A stretch of 63,649 bases of DNA, counting the filler, from Aduncisulcus paluster (Eukaryota): the NCBI GenBank assembly GCA_024181965.1. It is 6 parts of 6 records of this genome, joined end to end, with 100 filler letters (N's around TTAATTAATTAA, not from the genome) between each part and the next. Parts side by side here need not be neighbours in the genome. Positions count along the whole stretch, not along the records: positions 1 to 24,536 come from BQXS01012444.1; positions 24,637 to 43,858 come from BQXS01012447.1; 4 more parts are not named here. The stretch is one strand, 5' to 3'. The notes under the pieces were generated by a model. The model did no database searches and was not told where the DNA came from. It worked only from the letters and a program-made list of their open reading frames with translations. A program made the translations under genes and the position numbers. This document shows positions 23,783 to 35,114 of this stretch, one piece after another (position 1 is the stretch's first letter; every line of letters begins with the position of its first letter).

Positions 23783-24469
23783 TTATCCTTCTTCGGCTTC
23801 GAATTGAAACTCAGACAATTTTACAGTGGAAATTGGAAAAGGAGATTTAATAATGCTTGAATTCCGTTCATCATACTTGATACGAACAGAAAATGTTTCA
23901 GCTTCGCTTGTTGCTACAGTTGAAGATGAAAAAAAGGTGGAAATTGGATTTGAACGATAAGCGTCGAAATCGAAAACAATTTCCGATGAAACCGGCTTTT
24001 CAGTAATCAATAGACTTTTTCCGGCATATTTTGCCCTTGGGGCCTCTGTTGAAAAAAAATATTTGATTGAAAATGGATGGTGAAAAGGAATTTTCACAAC
24101 ACCCATTGTATAAATTGAAACTGTTTGAAAACATAGCATTTTAGATGGATCAATGGAACATAATACCTCAATCTCAAGTTTTTTCTTTTCTTTTTCGTCA
24201 ATCATTATAGATAACCGTTTCCGAAATAAAATTCCAGTCCAGTCCAAAAGATGAGTAATTTCCCATACTATTCCTTTCCTATCTCCAAATGAATCAATTC
24301 CCATATCAAGTAAATCATCTTCAGTACAATATAGAAGTTCTTTACCAGAGATATTGTTATCTTTAAATATTTGAATATACTGACTATATTTGATACACTC
24401 TAACCAGACTGAAACATCATCTTCAGTCCACATCCTTGCTGCACATAGTACTTGTGCTTGTTCATTCAT
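23783..24469 (-). CDS. SAM (sterile alpha motif) domain protein
   Basis: WTEDDVSVWLECI...FKDNNISGKELL...DLLDMGI..FGDRKGI is a canonical SAM pattern. Confidence 0.85.
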   Translation of the reverse strand: MNEQAQVLCAARMWTEDDVSVWLECIKYSQYIQIFKDNNISGKELLYCTEDDLLDMGIDSFGDRKGIVWEITHLLDWTGILFRKRLSIMIDEKEKKKLEIEVLCSIDPSKMLCFQTVSIYTMGVVKIPFHHPFSIKYFFSTEAPRAKYAGKSLLITEKPVSSEIVFDFDAYRSNPISTFFSSSTVATSEAETFSVRIKYDERNSSIIKSPFPISTVKLSEFQFEAEEG

Positions 24470-24536
24470 GTGAATTCAGGAGAAAAAACCAAAATCAGTC
24501 AACCACCAAATAATTGAATTTGGAACCCAAAAACAA

Positions 24537-24636
24537 NNNNNNNNNNNNNNNNNNNNNNNNNNNNNNNNNNNNNNNNNNNNTTAATTAATTAANNNNNNNN
24601 NNNNNNNNNNNNNNNNNNNNNNNNNNNNNNNNNNNN
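24537..24636. other. Artificial scaffold linker (N44-TTAATTAATTAA-N44); equivalent linkers at 43859-43958, 49109-49208, 59664-59763, 61831-61930
   Basis: 100-nt spacer with stops in all six frames, repeated five times. Confidence 0.98.
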
Positions 24637-24922
24637 TATTGTGATGTATATTTCAAATTGTGACGATAATATACACATTAGAGGACAAATATTTAAATAT
24701 TTTGATGCTGTATCTATTGGAAATCGAAGTTATCGCTATAATCTATTTTATTTATATTCATTTTCACGGATTGGGATAGTTCAAGAGTCAAAAGTTGACC
24801 GTTTAGTTCATTGTGCATTCTCAAGAGATCTGAATTTCCATACCATTCCAGGACATTTCCTAATTTGTCCATTAAGAAAGTAAATTTTTGACCTTCAATT
24901 GGTACTACTGGGTTTCGATCAC

Positions 24923-25111
24923 TATACTGATTTACATATGTAGACCATATTGAGTTACATATGTAAACCAAGTTGCGTTACATATGTAAACCATGTTGCG
25001 TTACGTATGTAAACCCATACTGATTTACATATGTAAACCATATGGTTGAACATATGTTTGGCACAAAAAACAACCAATTTATGTTTTACATATGTTCAAC
25101 CGCAGTAAGGG
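24923..25111 (-). mobile_element. Probable DNA transposon end: CCCTTACTG terminus plus an array of ~23-bp subterminal repeats with palindromic core TACATATGTA
   Basis: Repeat cores at about 24932, 24955, 24978, 25001 and 25025; the architecture resembles CACTA/EnSpm-superfamily ends. The other end is not in this scaffold. Confidence 0.5.
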
Positions 25112-25288
25112 CTTCGTTGTGAATATCAATAACTTTTATTTACCATTATAATTTTTTTATTTTAAAAAAATTCGGTGAGTTTGGACACTCTGATTTATTT
25201 ATTTATTATAATAATATTATTAATAATTTATTAATAATGGGAGAAACGGAAAGGGGTTTCAGCTTCCTCTGAATAAATCAGTTGTTCC

Positions 25289-27292
25289 TTATTTATGTTC
25301 AGAATATGTTCTCTTTGATATCCTCCCCCTTCCTCTTTGTTTCATACGATAATATGCCGAAGAGGAAGAACTTGAAGAACTTGAAGAAGATGTTGAGGCA
25401 GATGAACTATGCACTGATTCTTTTGGTTGTTGAGAAAGTTGTTCTTTTTGTTGTTGCATCATAGCACCTCGTTGCATTCTTTTTACCAGCATGAGCAAAT
25501 GAGTTCGTTCCTTGCATTCCTCACGAATAGTTTCTTCCATAACCCTGATTTTGGCACAATCCTTATCTCTCAAAGCTTCTAATTCAGATATCTTGGATAA
25601 TAACTTTGAAAATTCTTCTTTTTCTTTTGGTGCATCTACTTTTCCCTCGGTCAACAACTCTTTCTTCTCTTCTTTCTCAGCTTTAAGTCTGGAAATTAAA
25701 TCCCGTTCTTGTTGAAGATTTTTTTCAAGTTCCATTTTTTGACTCGTAATATTCCGTAAATTATTCGACTGCTCAGAAATCAAATGCTCACTCTCTCTCA
25801 ACTTTTCTTCAAGGTCAGATATTTTCCTTTTCATCGCATCGACAATTGTGGCCTGATCGTTTTGAAATTGAAGGCTCAAACTTGATAATTTTTCTTGCCA
25901 TTTCTTTCTTTCTTCTTCTATACCACGTTTAACAGCCATTTCGATTTCTTTCTTAATTCTTTCCTCTTCTTCCTCCTTTTCAAGAGATAAATCGCCCATT
26001 CGTTTGAGTAACTCACTCTCTCTTTCTTGTGCTTGCAATGCACTATCATGGGCCTTCGATATTTCCTCTTTCATTTTCACGACCATGGCTTCTGCTGCCG
26101 TTCTTCCAGCACTCAAGGATGAACATAAAGATCGAGATTCTGTCAAATTTGATTGAAGAGAGATGACATTCTTGTTGGATACTTCCAAAGAATCACGAAT
26201 TGAACAAATTTCTTGCTCTTTCTCTTTAAGAGTTTTCTGGAGCTGGCGAATAGTAGAGGCAGATTCTGATAATTGGAGTCTAATTTTAGTCTGCATTTGG
26301 CCTATTGATGAACTTGATGAACGAAGTGAAGTCAAGTCTCGTTGAAAAGCCTTGACTTTTCCTTTTAATCCCTCATTTTCATCAGAAAGAGTGGAAATGG
26401 TGGTCAAATGTTCTGAAATTGAGTCTCTAAGCTTTGAATTTGCAGATATGAGTTGATGTGTGTTTGCTTGAGTTTCAATGAGATCTTTTCGCAACAGATC
26501 CTCTTGTGTCTTGGACTCAGCCATGGATTGTTTATGCGAAGTTATTTCGGATTGCAATTCACTGATTTGGTCCGAATACTGTTTAATAATTGCTCCATCT
26601 TTCTCGTGCTGTTGAGAAAGTCTGGAAATATCACTTTGAAAATCCTTGATCCTCGATTGTGACAAGGACAATTTGGACAACTCTAAATCTTTTTCTTCGC
26701 ATGAACATATATGTTGATGCAAAGCTTCGGCTATTTTTAGATTGATATGAGTAAAATCGATTGTTTTGAGATATTTTTGGATTGAAAAACCGATGGATTC
26801 TACTTCAAGATGATATTTCTTCAATCTATCAGAAATATTTCCAGAAAGCGATGAAAATATCTTTTCTCGGGCAGTTGTTTTGAATTCGTCAAATTCTTTT
26901 GTTTTTTTTTCAAGAGAAGACCTAAATAAATCTAATTCCGATTGAAGATCAGATTTCTCCGTTTCTAAAGTCTTATTCATTCTTGTAACAGCATTAAGGG
27001 CATTTTTTAATTCTCGGATAGCAGATGAATCCACCGACCTCGTAGATTCGGCAGTATCGACTTTGGTTTTATATTGTTTCAATTCAGCCAATAAACGCCT
27101 GATTTCTTGGTCTTTTAACTCTAATTGTTGTGAATATTCAACTTCTTGGTCTTTGAGTTTCATTTTCAGCGAATCAACCTCTTGATTCAGTTTCTCCACT
27201 GTATGAAGAACTAAATATGAAACTCCACAATATTTACATACTGTATCATCACTATCAGCAATTAAATCTTGAGGAAGTGGTTTTAATGGCAT
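25289..27292 (-). CDS. LEKR1: LEKR1-like coiled-coil protein
   Basis: N-terminal LP..I.....VCKYCGVSYLVLH and C-terminal ETIREECKER motifs match those I recall from LEKR1; the centre is coiled coil. Confidence 0.75.
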   Translation of the reverse strand: MPLKPLPQDLIADSDDTVCKYCGVSYLVLHTVEKLNQEVDSLKMKLKDQEVEYSQQLELKDQEIRRLLAELKQYKTKVDTAESTRSVDSSAIRELKNALNAVTRMNKTLETEKSDLQSELDLFRSSLEKKTKEFDEFKTTAREKIFSSLSGNISDRLKKYHLEVESIGFSIQKYLKTIDFTHINLKIAEALHQHICSCEEKDLELSKLSLSQSRIKDFQSDISRLSQQHEKDGAIIKQYSDQISELQSEITSHKQSMAESKTQEDLLRKDLIETQANTHQLISANSKLRDSISEHLTTISTLSDENEGLKGKVKAFQRDLTSLRSSSSSIGQMQTKIRLQLSESASTIRQLQKTLKEKEQEICSIRDSLEVSNKNVISLQSNLTESRSLCSSLSAGRTAAEAMVVKMKEEISKAHDSALQAQERESELLKRMGDLSLEKEEEEERIKKEIEMAVKRGIEEERKKWQEKLSSLSLQFQNDQATIVDAMKRKISDLEEKLRESEHLISEQSNNLRNITSQKMELEKNLQQERDLISRLKAEKEEKKELLTEGKVDAPKEKEEFSKLLSKISELEALRDKDCAKIRVMEETIREECKERTHLLMLVKRMQRGAMMQQQKEQLSQQPKESVHSSSASTSSSSSSSSSSSAYYRMKQRGRGRISKRTYSEHK

Positions 27293-27855
27293 TTTTCAGT
27301 AGTGGGATTAAATATCAAATAAAAAAGAGGAAACAACAGGAAAATAAGAACCACAAATGGCAAAATATTGTACAATAAATGTTTGATAACACCCCCCCGA
27401 GTCAAAATCAGCGATTGTTCAGTATGGCTTGTAATTTGATCAAAAAACCATATATAAACGATGAAAAATAACATGTTTATGATAATTGGGGAATTTATCA
27501 TAATTGAGAGTCTGGATGAGTCTCTCTGACTTGGTTTGACAGAACTTCTGTCACAGGACCAACCAAAACAGTCTTGGTTGAACCAAATCTTTTGGTTCAT
27601 CATTCTTTGAAAGAAGAGGAAGAGGACCACTTCAATACTCCCCATTCCAAATCTAAATAGCCAGAAATATTTGATCCGGATGTTGTTGATGATGAAGGTT
27701 TAGCTATTTCACAACCTGGAGAGAAGGATGTCCTTTCAATCTCGAACCTTTCATCTTGCGAAAGGGCTCACGAATATCCCAAGAGACACAGACTCCTGAT
27801 TCTGTCAAAGAGCCCCTCCAACACCTCCAACGCCCCTCAATCTGCTTCTAGTACT

Positions 27856-28486
27856 GAGAAGCAGAACGCTGGTTCAAAAACGAGCTACGTTCAATGACCC
27901 TTTTGCCAATATTGTTGACACAGGCTGTGCTAAAAAGCACCAACCCTATCTTTTGATACCCTTCGCCTTGACAACAATTGGAGCCATTGGAGAGAAAGCT
28001 TGGGAGTTTATTGAGCACGTACGGAGGAATGGAACCGATTTCATGGTACCTGGCCGAACCAGAGAAGAGAGATCACACAGATGGGTATTATCAATATCTA
28101 CCCTTCTAGATCTANNNNNNNNNNNNNNNNNNNNGAGAAGCAGAACGCTGGTTCAAAAACGAGCTACGTTCAATGACCCTTTTGCCAATATTGTTGACAC
28201 AGGCTGTGCTAAAAAGCACCAACCCTATCTTTTGATACCCTTCGCCTTGACAACAATTGGAGCCATTGGAGAGAAAGCTTGGGAGTTTATTGAGCACGTA
28301 CGGAGGAATGGAACCGATTTCATGGTACCTGGCCGAACCAGAGAAGAGAGATCACACAGATGGGTATTATCAATATCTACCCTTCTAGATCTATGCGGAC
28401 TTGGAAGAGGCCTGTGCATAAGAGAAGCGACCGTGGGTACCATAGATACCGACCAAATATTATATCATGAAAAAATGAATATATAA
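27856..28486 (+). mobile_element. Remnant of a non-LTR retrotransposon C-terminal restriction-like endonuclease (CRE/R2-like); duplicated across a 20-N gap
   Basis: AKKHQPYLLIPFALTTIGAIGEKAWEFI resembles the RLE K..KY...F.P.A.ET.G..G..A..F motif; 27856-28114 is repeated at 28135-28393. Confidence 0.55.
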
Positions 28487-28731
28487 AAAATTTATTATGG
28501 CAGTGTTCGGTCACCGATGACACGGTGCCACCGGTGGAGGATTCAATCCTGGAAAAGTTTTCCCATATCTTTCGAATATGTCATTTCCCCGTTATTTATT
28601 TTTTGGATCACCATAATAAATTATTTTTTTTCTTTATTTCTAACGTCACTATATCTTAATTTTCACATGAGGAGTGAAAGGTTAAAAAGAACGCCATTTC
28701 TTCCTGACACTAAAAATTAAACATTATAATT

Positions 28732-30042
28732 ATGTCAAAATTCTTTACAGAATCAGCAACAGGTGATACTGATGCGTGGAATTTCATTGAAGATATGTTT
28801 TATGGAGCCATAGTTGGAAATGCTGTTTGTGCCTGCCGACAAGGAGCTGATATAATTCTTGATACGAGTGTGGCAAGAATTCCAACTATTCTCCGAAATG
28901 AAGGTGTTGCTGTCAGCACACCTGGAATGTACACGGCGGTTGTCGAGGCCATGCTGATTTCTCTTGAGGTGTTCATTAAAAAGAAATCTGTCCATCCAAA
29001 GGATTTAATCGGTGCCATTGCAAATGCTTTTTTCAAAGTTCCCTTTGAAAAGAGTCTTGATGCTGAAGATAAATACAGTGCCAAAAGACGTCAACTCAAA
29101 ACCAAACTTAAGGAAGCAAAAGCGAAATTAAAAGAAGAAAAAACCAAAAATCCACATGGAGATTTATCTTATCTCGAGGATTCTGTTCATAAATATGATG
29201 GAAGGCTTACTAAACATATGGACGAAGATGTTATTTTGGTTCCACACAAGTGTTCAAGGTCAACTAGCTCGCCTCACCCCGCTTTCTTCTTAGATCCTAG
29301 CTTTCGCCGACTTATTGCATACGTTTTGGATGAAGAAGACACCAGGTTCCAGCGTGGATTCCAATCTAGGCTTCATCCTGGAATGGTGACCTGGTCATCC
29401 CAAAGACCTCAAATTGCCACTCATTGTTCATGTTTCTTCCATCTTCCCATCCATATCGCTGTTGCCAAGTTTGCCAATGACTTATTTACTGTTGATCTTA
29501 TAAACGATATCAAGCGTTGTGTTGTCAGTACTCATGATCAGAATGAATCTGTCGACAGTGCAATTCTCATGTCTTCTTATTTATTCGCTCTTGTTGGTGG
29601 AACTCAGAAAAATATCATAATGGGAACGCACGAAGATGGAAGTCCGAAATCAGAGTTTTTTGCAATGGATCCGATGGCCACATCTGCCTGGATTCAACAC
29701 AACAAGTTCCACAAGACTGTACAAGCCATATGGTGTGGAAAAGCTTGGTCAGGGATGTTCGATCCTCGTACTCTTTTCGCTGCCCCAACCTATGCCCCAA
29801 GAACTCTCGAGTTGTGTCTATATGCAATCAATAAGCACTCTTCCTTCAGTGACGCTCTCTATGAAGTGTATAGATTGGGTGGAATAGGGTGTGCTGAGTG
29901 TGGATTTGCGTGTGGAATGCTTGCTGGGCCTTTGTTCAGAAGTATCCCTAGACCTTGGAAAGACGCTGTCGATAGGGCTTCTGGAGGGAGAATTCGTTCA
30001 GTTTTGACCAAATTCCAGGATTTACTTCGTAAAGTATTCTAA
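28732..30042 (+). CDS. ADP-ribosylglycohydrolase (ARH/DraG)-fold protein, catalytic Asp residues apparently lost
   Basis: YGAIVGNA, STH...SA, LELCLYA...SFSDAL..V..LGG, ACGMLAG..F..IP..W follow the ARH family order. Confidence 0.75.
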   Translation: MSKFFTESATGDTDAWNFIEDMFYGAIVGNAVCACRQGADIILDTSVARIPTILRNEGVAVSTPGMYTAVVEAMLISLEVFIKKKSVHPKDLIGAIANAFFKVPFEKSLDAEDKYSAKRRQLKTKLKEAKAKLKEEKTKNPHGDLSYLEDSVHKYDGRLTKHMDEDVILVPHKCSRSTSSPHPAFFLDPSFRRLIAYVLDEEDTRFQRGFQSRLHPGMVTWSSQRPQIATHCSCFFHLPIHIAVAKFANDLFTVDLINDIKRCVVSTHDQNESVDSAILMSSYLFALVGGTQKNIIMGTHEDGSPKSEFFAMDPMATSAWIQHNKFHKTVQAIWCGKAWSGMFDPRTLFAAPTYAPRTLELCLYAINKHSSFSDALYEVYRLGGIGCAECGFACGMLAGPLFRSIPRPWKDAVDRASGGRIRSVLTKFQDLLRKVF

Positions 30043-30352
30043 TTTTTTAATAAAGGATTAAAGAAAAAACAAGATTTTTTCAATCATTCGTTTGAGGCGT
30101 TTTTGACTCTAAGTTAAAATGTTAAAGACGGATTTTGCAACAATTATCAAAGGTTTTACGGAATTAAAGCTCCAAGTTGATCCTTGTGATCTTCGTATTA
30201 TTGATGTTCCTTTTCCTCCTGAAAATCCTGATGATCCTGCATTATCTCATGGCAAATTCAAAAATAATTCCTTATGGAATTAAAAAAATATTTTATCCAT
30301 TCAAACGGGACCAGATGGTTTCAATTATATCCTAATCAACCAGAAAGATGGA

Positions 30353-30919
30353 TTGGCTTTGTATTCCAAATATGTTGACTTTACTTCCAAAAAGATATTA
30401 CCAAAACCATATTCACATACACCAGATGGCGATTTTCCACTGACAGAAGAAAATTACAAGTTTCCTGAAGATAAAGAATGGAATCGAGATGATTTCTTAT
30501 TAACTTCTTGGATTCAGAGATATTTTGATTCAAAAGAGCCAACAATGATCCCTGTACGAATGGGAGAAGAAGTTGTTTACCGACTTTTAAATAGATTTAT
30601 CATCTTTTCTCCTGATGAGAATGATTTGCGTCTCATCTCCAATCCCGATTCAAAGAAACTCTCCAAAAAAGACATTAAAATTGCCCATGAGCAGGGCATT
30701 AACGAGAGAAATATTATTTATGGTGTTGAGAAAGGCCTAATCAGTCTCGTAAAGTATGTTACACCTCGCTCCGGCCGTACGCAAGGTGTTCAACTGGGTT
30801 TGGCTCCTTTGAACCCAGAAAAATGTTTAAAATTATTGTCAAAGTACTCAGAATTCCAAAAACTTGGCCATAACATCCGGTTAAAAAAGCCTTTACCGAC
30901 AGGGAGTCACTCCCTGTAA
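30353..30919 (+). CDS. Hypothetical protein or gene fragment (non-ATG start)
   Basis: 188-codon open frame; no motif recognised. Confidence 0.35.
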   Translation: MALYSKYVDFTSKKILPKPYSHTPDGDFPLTEENYKFPEDKEWNRDDFLLTSWIQRYFDSKEPTMIPVRMGEEVVYRLLNRFIIFSPDENDLRLISNPDSKKLSKKDIKIAHEQGINERNIIYGVEKGLISLVKYVTPRSGRTQGVQLGLAPLNPEKCLKLLSKYSEFQKLGHNIRLKKPLPTGSHSL

Positions 30920-32167
30920 TCTTACGGTAAGATTAGATTCATCGAGGAATTCGTCACTTTTCCTGTCATTGATGGATGGAATTTAGACGAATATTTATTT
31001 AGTTTGTGGTACCAATCCATTTTCCTCCCCAAATTTCAATCATGAGTGTTTCTCCGAGAAATGAGAGTCATCTCATGAGACGGTCTCAATTTCCATCCCT
31101 AGGCCAATTAAAGATAATACCACAATAAAAATAACTGCATATTCAATTTATTCTTTTTTAATCAATAAAATCTTCGATCTCAGCAAAATTAATCCTTTAT
31201 CCGGATCCAAAGATAGATTTCAAATCTATCTGACAAGTTGTCAAGTTAGATCTAATTTTGTTGCAATATACAATTCTATTGAAAGTGATTCCCACCAAAA
31301 TGCATTGTTGCTGATTGCTGTCAATTGAAATATTCAATTCTAAATATCGAAATATGATGTTTCATGTTCTTTCTTGGGATGAATTTTTTATCAATGATAA
31401 TTAGAGGATAAAACATGATAAAAGGTATAATTTCATCCCGAAAACATCTTGTGGAGCAAATGGCATGGATTTATTGATTTTATTCCTCTCTTTATACTGT
31501 GCCTTCATAACATCTTCATTGTACAACGTCTTAAGAATATTTTCCCCGATATTCCTGGAATATCATGATAAAAACGGAATCATTGCAACTCGATGTCTCA
31601 TGCCATTCCCCCTTTAATGCTTGTTATGTTTTTTGTTGCATGCCAATGATATCTGTTTGATTTTCGAACCTTTTGACACATTATTGTTATTTTTATTGAC
31701 ATAAAACTGAACTCAAACGTTTGTTAGTCGTCATACTACTCCCTAAAATACTGATACAAACCAAAAACACTCAACTTTCTGGTTCTGTTCGTTGCTCCTG
31801 GTTTCCACCCATTGTCTCTGAAAACAATTGACAAATTGACATACCTGCTCTCGCTTAACTCATTTGAATCTCGAATAACACATCAATAACATCAATGCTA
31901 TTCCCCAATCTATGTGTCACATCATCTTATTCTTGGAGGATGATTCTTGATTCGTGATCTTTCCTTTATTTTGCCGAATCCAAGCTTTTCTCTTCTCTTT
32001 CTGAATAGTTCAAGCAAATTCTTATTCTTTATCATAAGAAGAGAACTTGATCTGCCCATATGAACTCGATTCTTTATTTTCTGCCTACTATGAGTAAAAT
32101 TTCCCCCCTTGCCCCCATCCGTGGGGGCACCCCCCTGTACGGTGGTTGCACTGTACATTTCTTTCAT

Positions 32168-32206
<39 letters not shown>

Positions 32207-32594
32207 ACAAACTTTCCACCGGCGGTGGCTGAGAAATGTGGGGGGTTCTATATCAAAAAATATCTAATATTTATGTACCTTTTTTCATTCTTTCTTATAA
32301 ATATCGATATAAAGTTTATGATATTGATGCTATGTTCTGTATTTCTGTGCCCAGGTGATCTGATGTAGTCGTGCACGAATAAGACATATTTTAAGAATAA
32401 TATTATAATTTTCATAATATATTTGTTAAATAATTTAATTTTTATCTATATTTATTCTTGCCTTCATGATTTAATATGAAGTTTTATTGAACAGGTGTTT
32501 TTTGGCCAATAATAACATAAGCAGCCCTTAATATTCGAATTTTCTTAAGTTATCATTATTTTTTGGTTTTATAAACTGCCATTTTTTATTCAAT

Positions 32595-34901
32595 ATGTCA
32601 TCTTCAACCCACTATGCCACGAAAGAGTTAAAAATCGATGCTCAATTTGAAAGTGGTAATGTTGGGAGTGTTTCCAGAGCTGGAGAAAGTGTATATGATA
32701 TATGTGTTCGATCAGATACCTCTAACGACCGCCCTAAATTGTGGTTCTATTTTAGAGTAACGAATGTAATGATAACCCAGCCTTACCTATTAAATATTAT
32801 AAATTTTTCAAAAGTTAAAACATTAATGAGACTTGGCCTCACACCTCTTATTCGTTGTTCATCCCGTCCGACCTGGGAACGAATCCCAAGTTCACAAGTT
32901 TTTTATTATAGCTCCCCCCTCCACAAAGACACGACATCTAATCCAATTGTTTCGCTATTAATTAAATTTGATAAACCTCATGACGAGTATTTCTTTGCAT
33001 TGTGTTTCCCATATACTTATACGATGCTACAGCGATTCTTGACTCGTCTTGAGAGCGTTTCTCTCCCCCACTTGTCTCGATCAACACTCTGTCTATCTGT
33101 CATGAAGCGAAAGGTTGATCTCCTGACAATCACAGACCCCTCAACCCCTATATCCATGCGTAAGAGTATTGTCTATATCAGTGGTAGAGTTCATCCTGGA
33201 GAGACTCCTTCCTCGTTTGTTGTCCATGGATTCCTTGATTTTATTCTCTCGGCGCTTCCACAAGCACAGCTCCTGCGGAAACGATGCATATTCAAAGTCA
33301 TACCCATGCTCAATCCAGATGGTGTTGTCAGCGGCAATTATCGATGTAATTGTGCAGGAATTGACCTTAACCGGTCATATGCAACTCCATTGCCATGGTT
33401 ACATCCGTCTATCCATGCGTATAAATCTGTGATACTCTCTGATGTTAAGGGTATTCGGAGTGGATCCAAAATAACGACAAAGCCAGTCACTTCAACTGCC
33501 ACCAAAGCTAAAGACATAACTTCAGATAGTGAGGATACACATCATCAACTTTCTGTTCCCTCTTCATCATCTTCAAAGCAAATGACTTCTCAAGGAGGTG
33601 TCAATGGTACCAGTGGTGGTAGTCTTTCTTCATTCGGTATATCTGCACTCCCTCAGAGCGTTACACCCTCAATGATGACATCGTCTCCCTCTTTCGTTGG
33701 TTTTAGAGGAAGTGAACGAAGGGAGCGTGAGTTAGCTGCTTTATTCCTTAAGCTTGGACAGTGGAATGGGATGCTTGACAACGAAGCCAAAGCATGTCTT
33801 GAACACTTCAGAACAAAGTCTCTCACAAAAGAAGAACAAGAGCATAAACAACGAATGGAGGGTATTGTTAATGACATGATGAAAGTGGACGTTGAGAAAG
33901 AGAAGACTCCCTCGGATAAAGATGAACAATCCTCTCATACTTCTCTCCTGACACCAGAGTCAAAGAAAGATAGAGGTGAGTCAGATGTTGCTCCTCACAC
34001 AAAAGATAGTGTCGCCGACAAAGAAGCTGCCGATAGCTCAAGTCCTGCAGTCAAATCAGATATAACAAAAGGAGATAATCCAATCGCTTCAGGAATGGCC
34101 AAGATAAGTCAAGCAAATCAAACGACGCCAGACACGAAAGGGAAACTCTCTGACAAAGCTGATCTAAAGGATTCTGATCCACCTCCTTCCTCTTCTTCTT
34201 CTTCCTCCTCCTCCTCTTCTTCTATTCCATTTCATACCCTTGACCTTTTAATCGATTGTCACAGTCACAGTAATGCACCAGATGCTTTCTTTTATGTCAA
34301 TCCAGACTGTAAGTCTCGTCATCAGTCCTTCAATGTGTGTGCTAGACGTCAGAAGAGTGAGGCTGTCCTTCCTGCAATCATCGAAAGGATCTGTCCACAT
34401 CTCACCCCAACAACTCCTTGCGTTGCCCCATCTCAGGTCCGTAGGAAAGTCATTGAGCATCTTGACGGCATGGGTGGAGAAACTACATCTCTGTCTACTT
34501 CCTCAGGAGAAATGTCTGTGAGTGCCACTGGTGAGAAGAAAAGTGGTTCCTTGTTGTCGTCGTTATTGTCTGACCTTACTCCTCCTTCGTTCTCATCTGG
34601 GCCTGTCATCAAAGTTGATTCTGTGGGGTGCTCAAGGTTCTGCAGCAGAGCTCAGAAGGCTGGAACTGTCAGACGTGTTTGTGCAAATTTGTGTGACAGT
34701 CCCCCCTTTGCTTATACATTAGAGGTTAGTACCTTTGGGGGAACAAGAATACGGCAAGAGGGGAAAGAATGTAAGGAGAAAAAGGAAGAATCTGATGTTG
34801 TTGCTTGGACTCCTGCAGAATATCGTAGAATTGGTCGATGCATTGGAATGAGCTTGTTCTTCTGGTATGGGCTTGATTGTATACCTGAAGAAAGCCTCTG
34901 A
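32595..34901 (+). CDS. AGBL4: Cytosolic carboxypeptidase (tubulin deglutamylase, M14D), CCP6-like
   Basis: FESGN, WFYF, PYTY, RVHPGE (zinc HxxE), PMLNPDGV..GNYR, DLNR, DCHSHS, YTLE; the SSRPTWERIP..VFYY segment is CCP6-like. Confidence 0.88.
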   Translation: MSSSTHYATKELKIDAQFESGNVGSVSRAGESVYDICVRSDTSNDRPKLWFYFRVTNVMITQPYLLNIINFSKVKTLMRLGLTPLIRCSSRPTWERIPSSQVFYYSSPLHKDTTSNPIVSLLIKFDKPHDEYFFALCFPYTYTMLQRFLTRLESVSLPHLSRSTLCLSVMKRKVDLLTITDPSTPISMRKSIVYISGRVHPGETPSSFVVHGFLDFILSALPQAQLLRKRCIFKVIPMLNPDGVVSGNYRCNCAGIDLNRSYATPLPWLHPSIHAYKSVILSDVKGIRSGSKITTKPVTSTATKAKDITSDSEDTHHQLSVPSSSSSKQMTSQGGVNGTSGGSLSSFGISALPQSVTPSMMTSSPSFVGFRGSERRERELAALFLKLGQWNGMLDNEAKACLEHFRTKSLTKEEQEHKQRMEGIVNDMMKVDVEKEKTPSDKDEQSSHTSLLTPESKKDRGESDVAPHTKDSVADKEAADSSSPAVKSDITKGDNPIASGMAKISQANQTTPDTKGKLSDKADLKDSDPPPSSSSSSSSSSSSIPFHTLDLLIDCHSHSNAPDAFFYVNPDCKSRHQSFNVCARRQKSEAVLPAIIERICPHLTPTTPCVAPSQVRRKVIEHLDGMGGETTSLSTSSGEMSVSATGEKKSGSLLSSLLSDLTPPSFSSGPVIKVDSVGCSRFCSRAQKAGTVRRVCANLCDSPPFAYTLEVSTFGGTRIRQEGKECKEKKEESDVVAWTPAEYRRIGRCIGMSLFFWYGLDCIPEESL

Positions 34902-35114
34902 GAAAGATCTATTTTTATAATTGTGAGTTTTCAATCAGAAAATATTTCTTTTTCCCGTCTTGTTCATATATAGTGAGTGATTGTATTCAAAGAACGATAG
35001 ATATCACATTTGGCCACAATCAAAACAAAATAGGATGAATTTTCACCCAAAAATAAAAGAAGATTCAAACCATTCGATGTGTTTTACAAATTCCACCACG
35101 CCCTATGATGCCAA

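Noticed and set aside
24581..24592. Recurrent TTAATTAATTAA palindrome
   Set aside because: Synthetic six-frame-stop linker. Gene neighbourhoods across linkers, such as pol 47230 and gag 49209, are not evidence of linkage.
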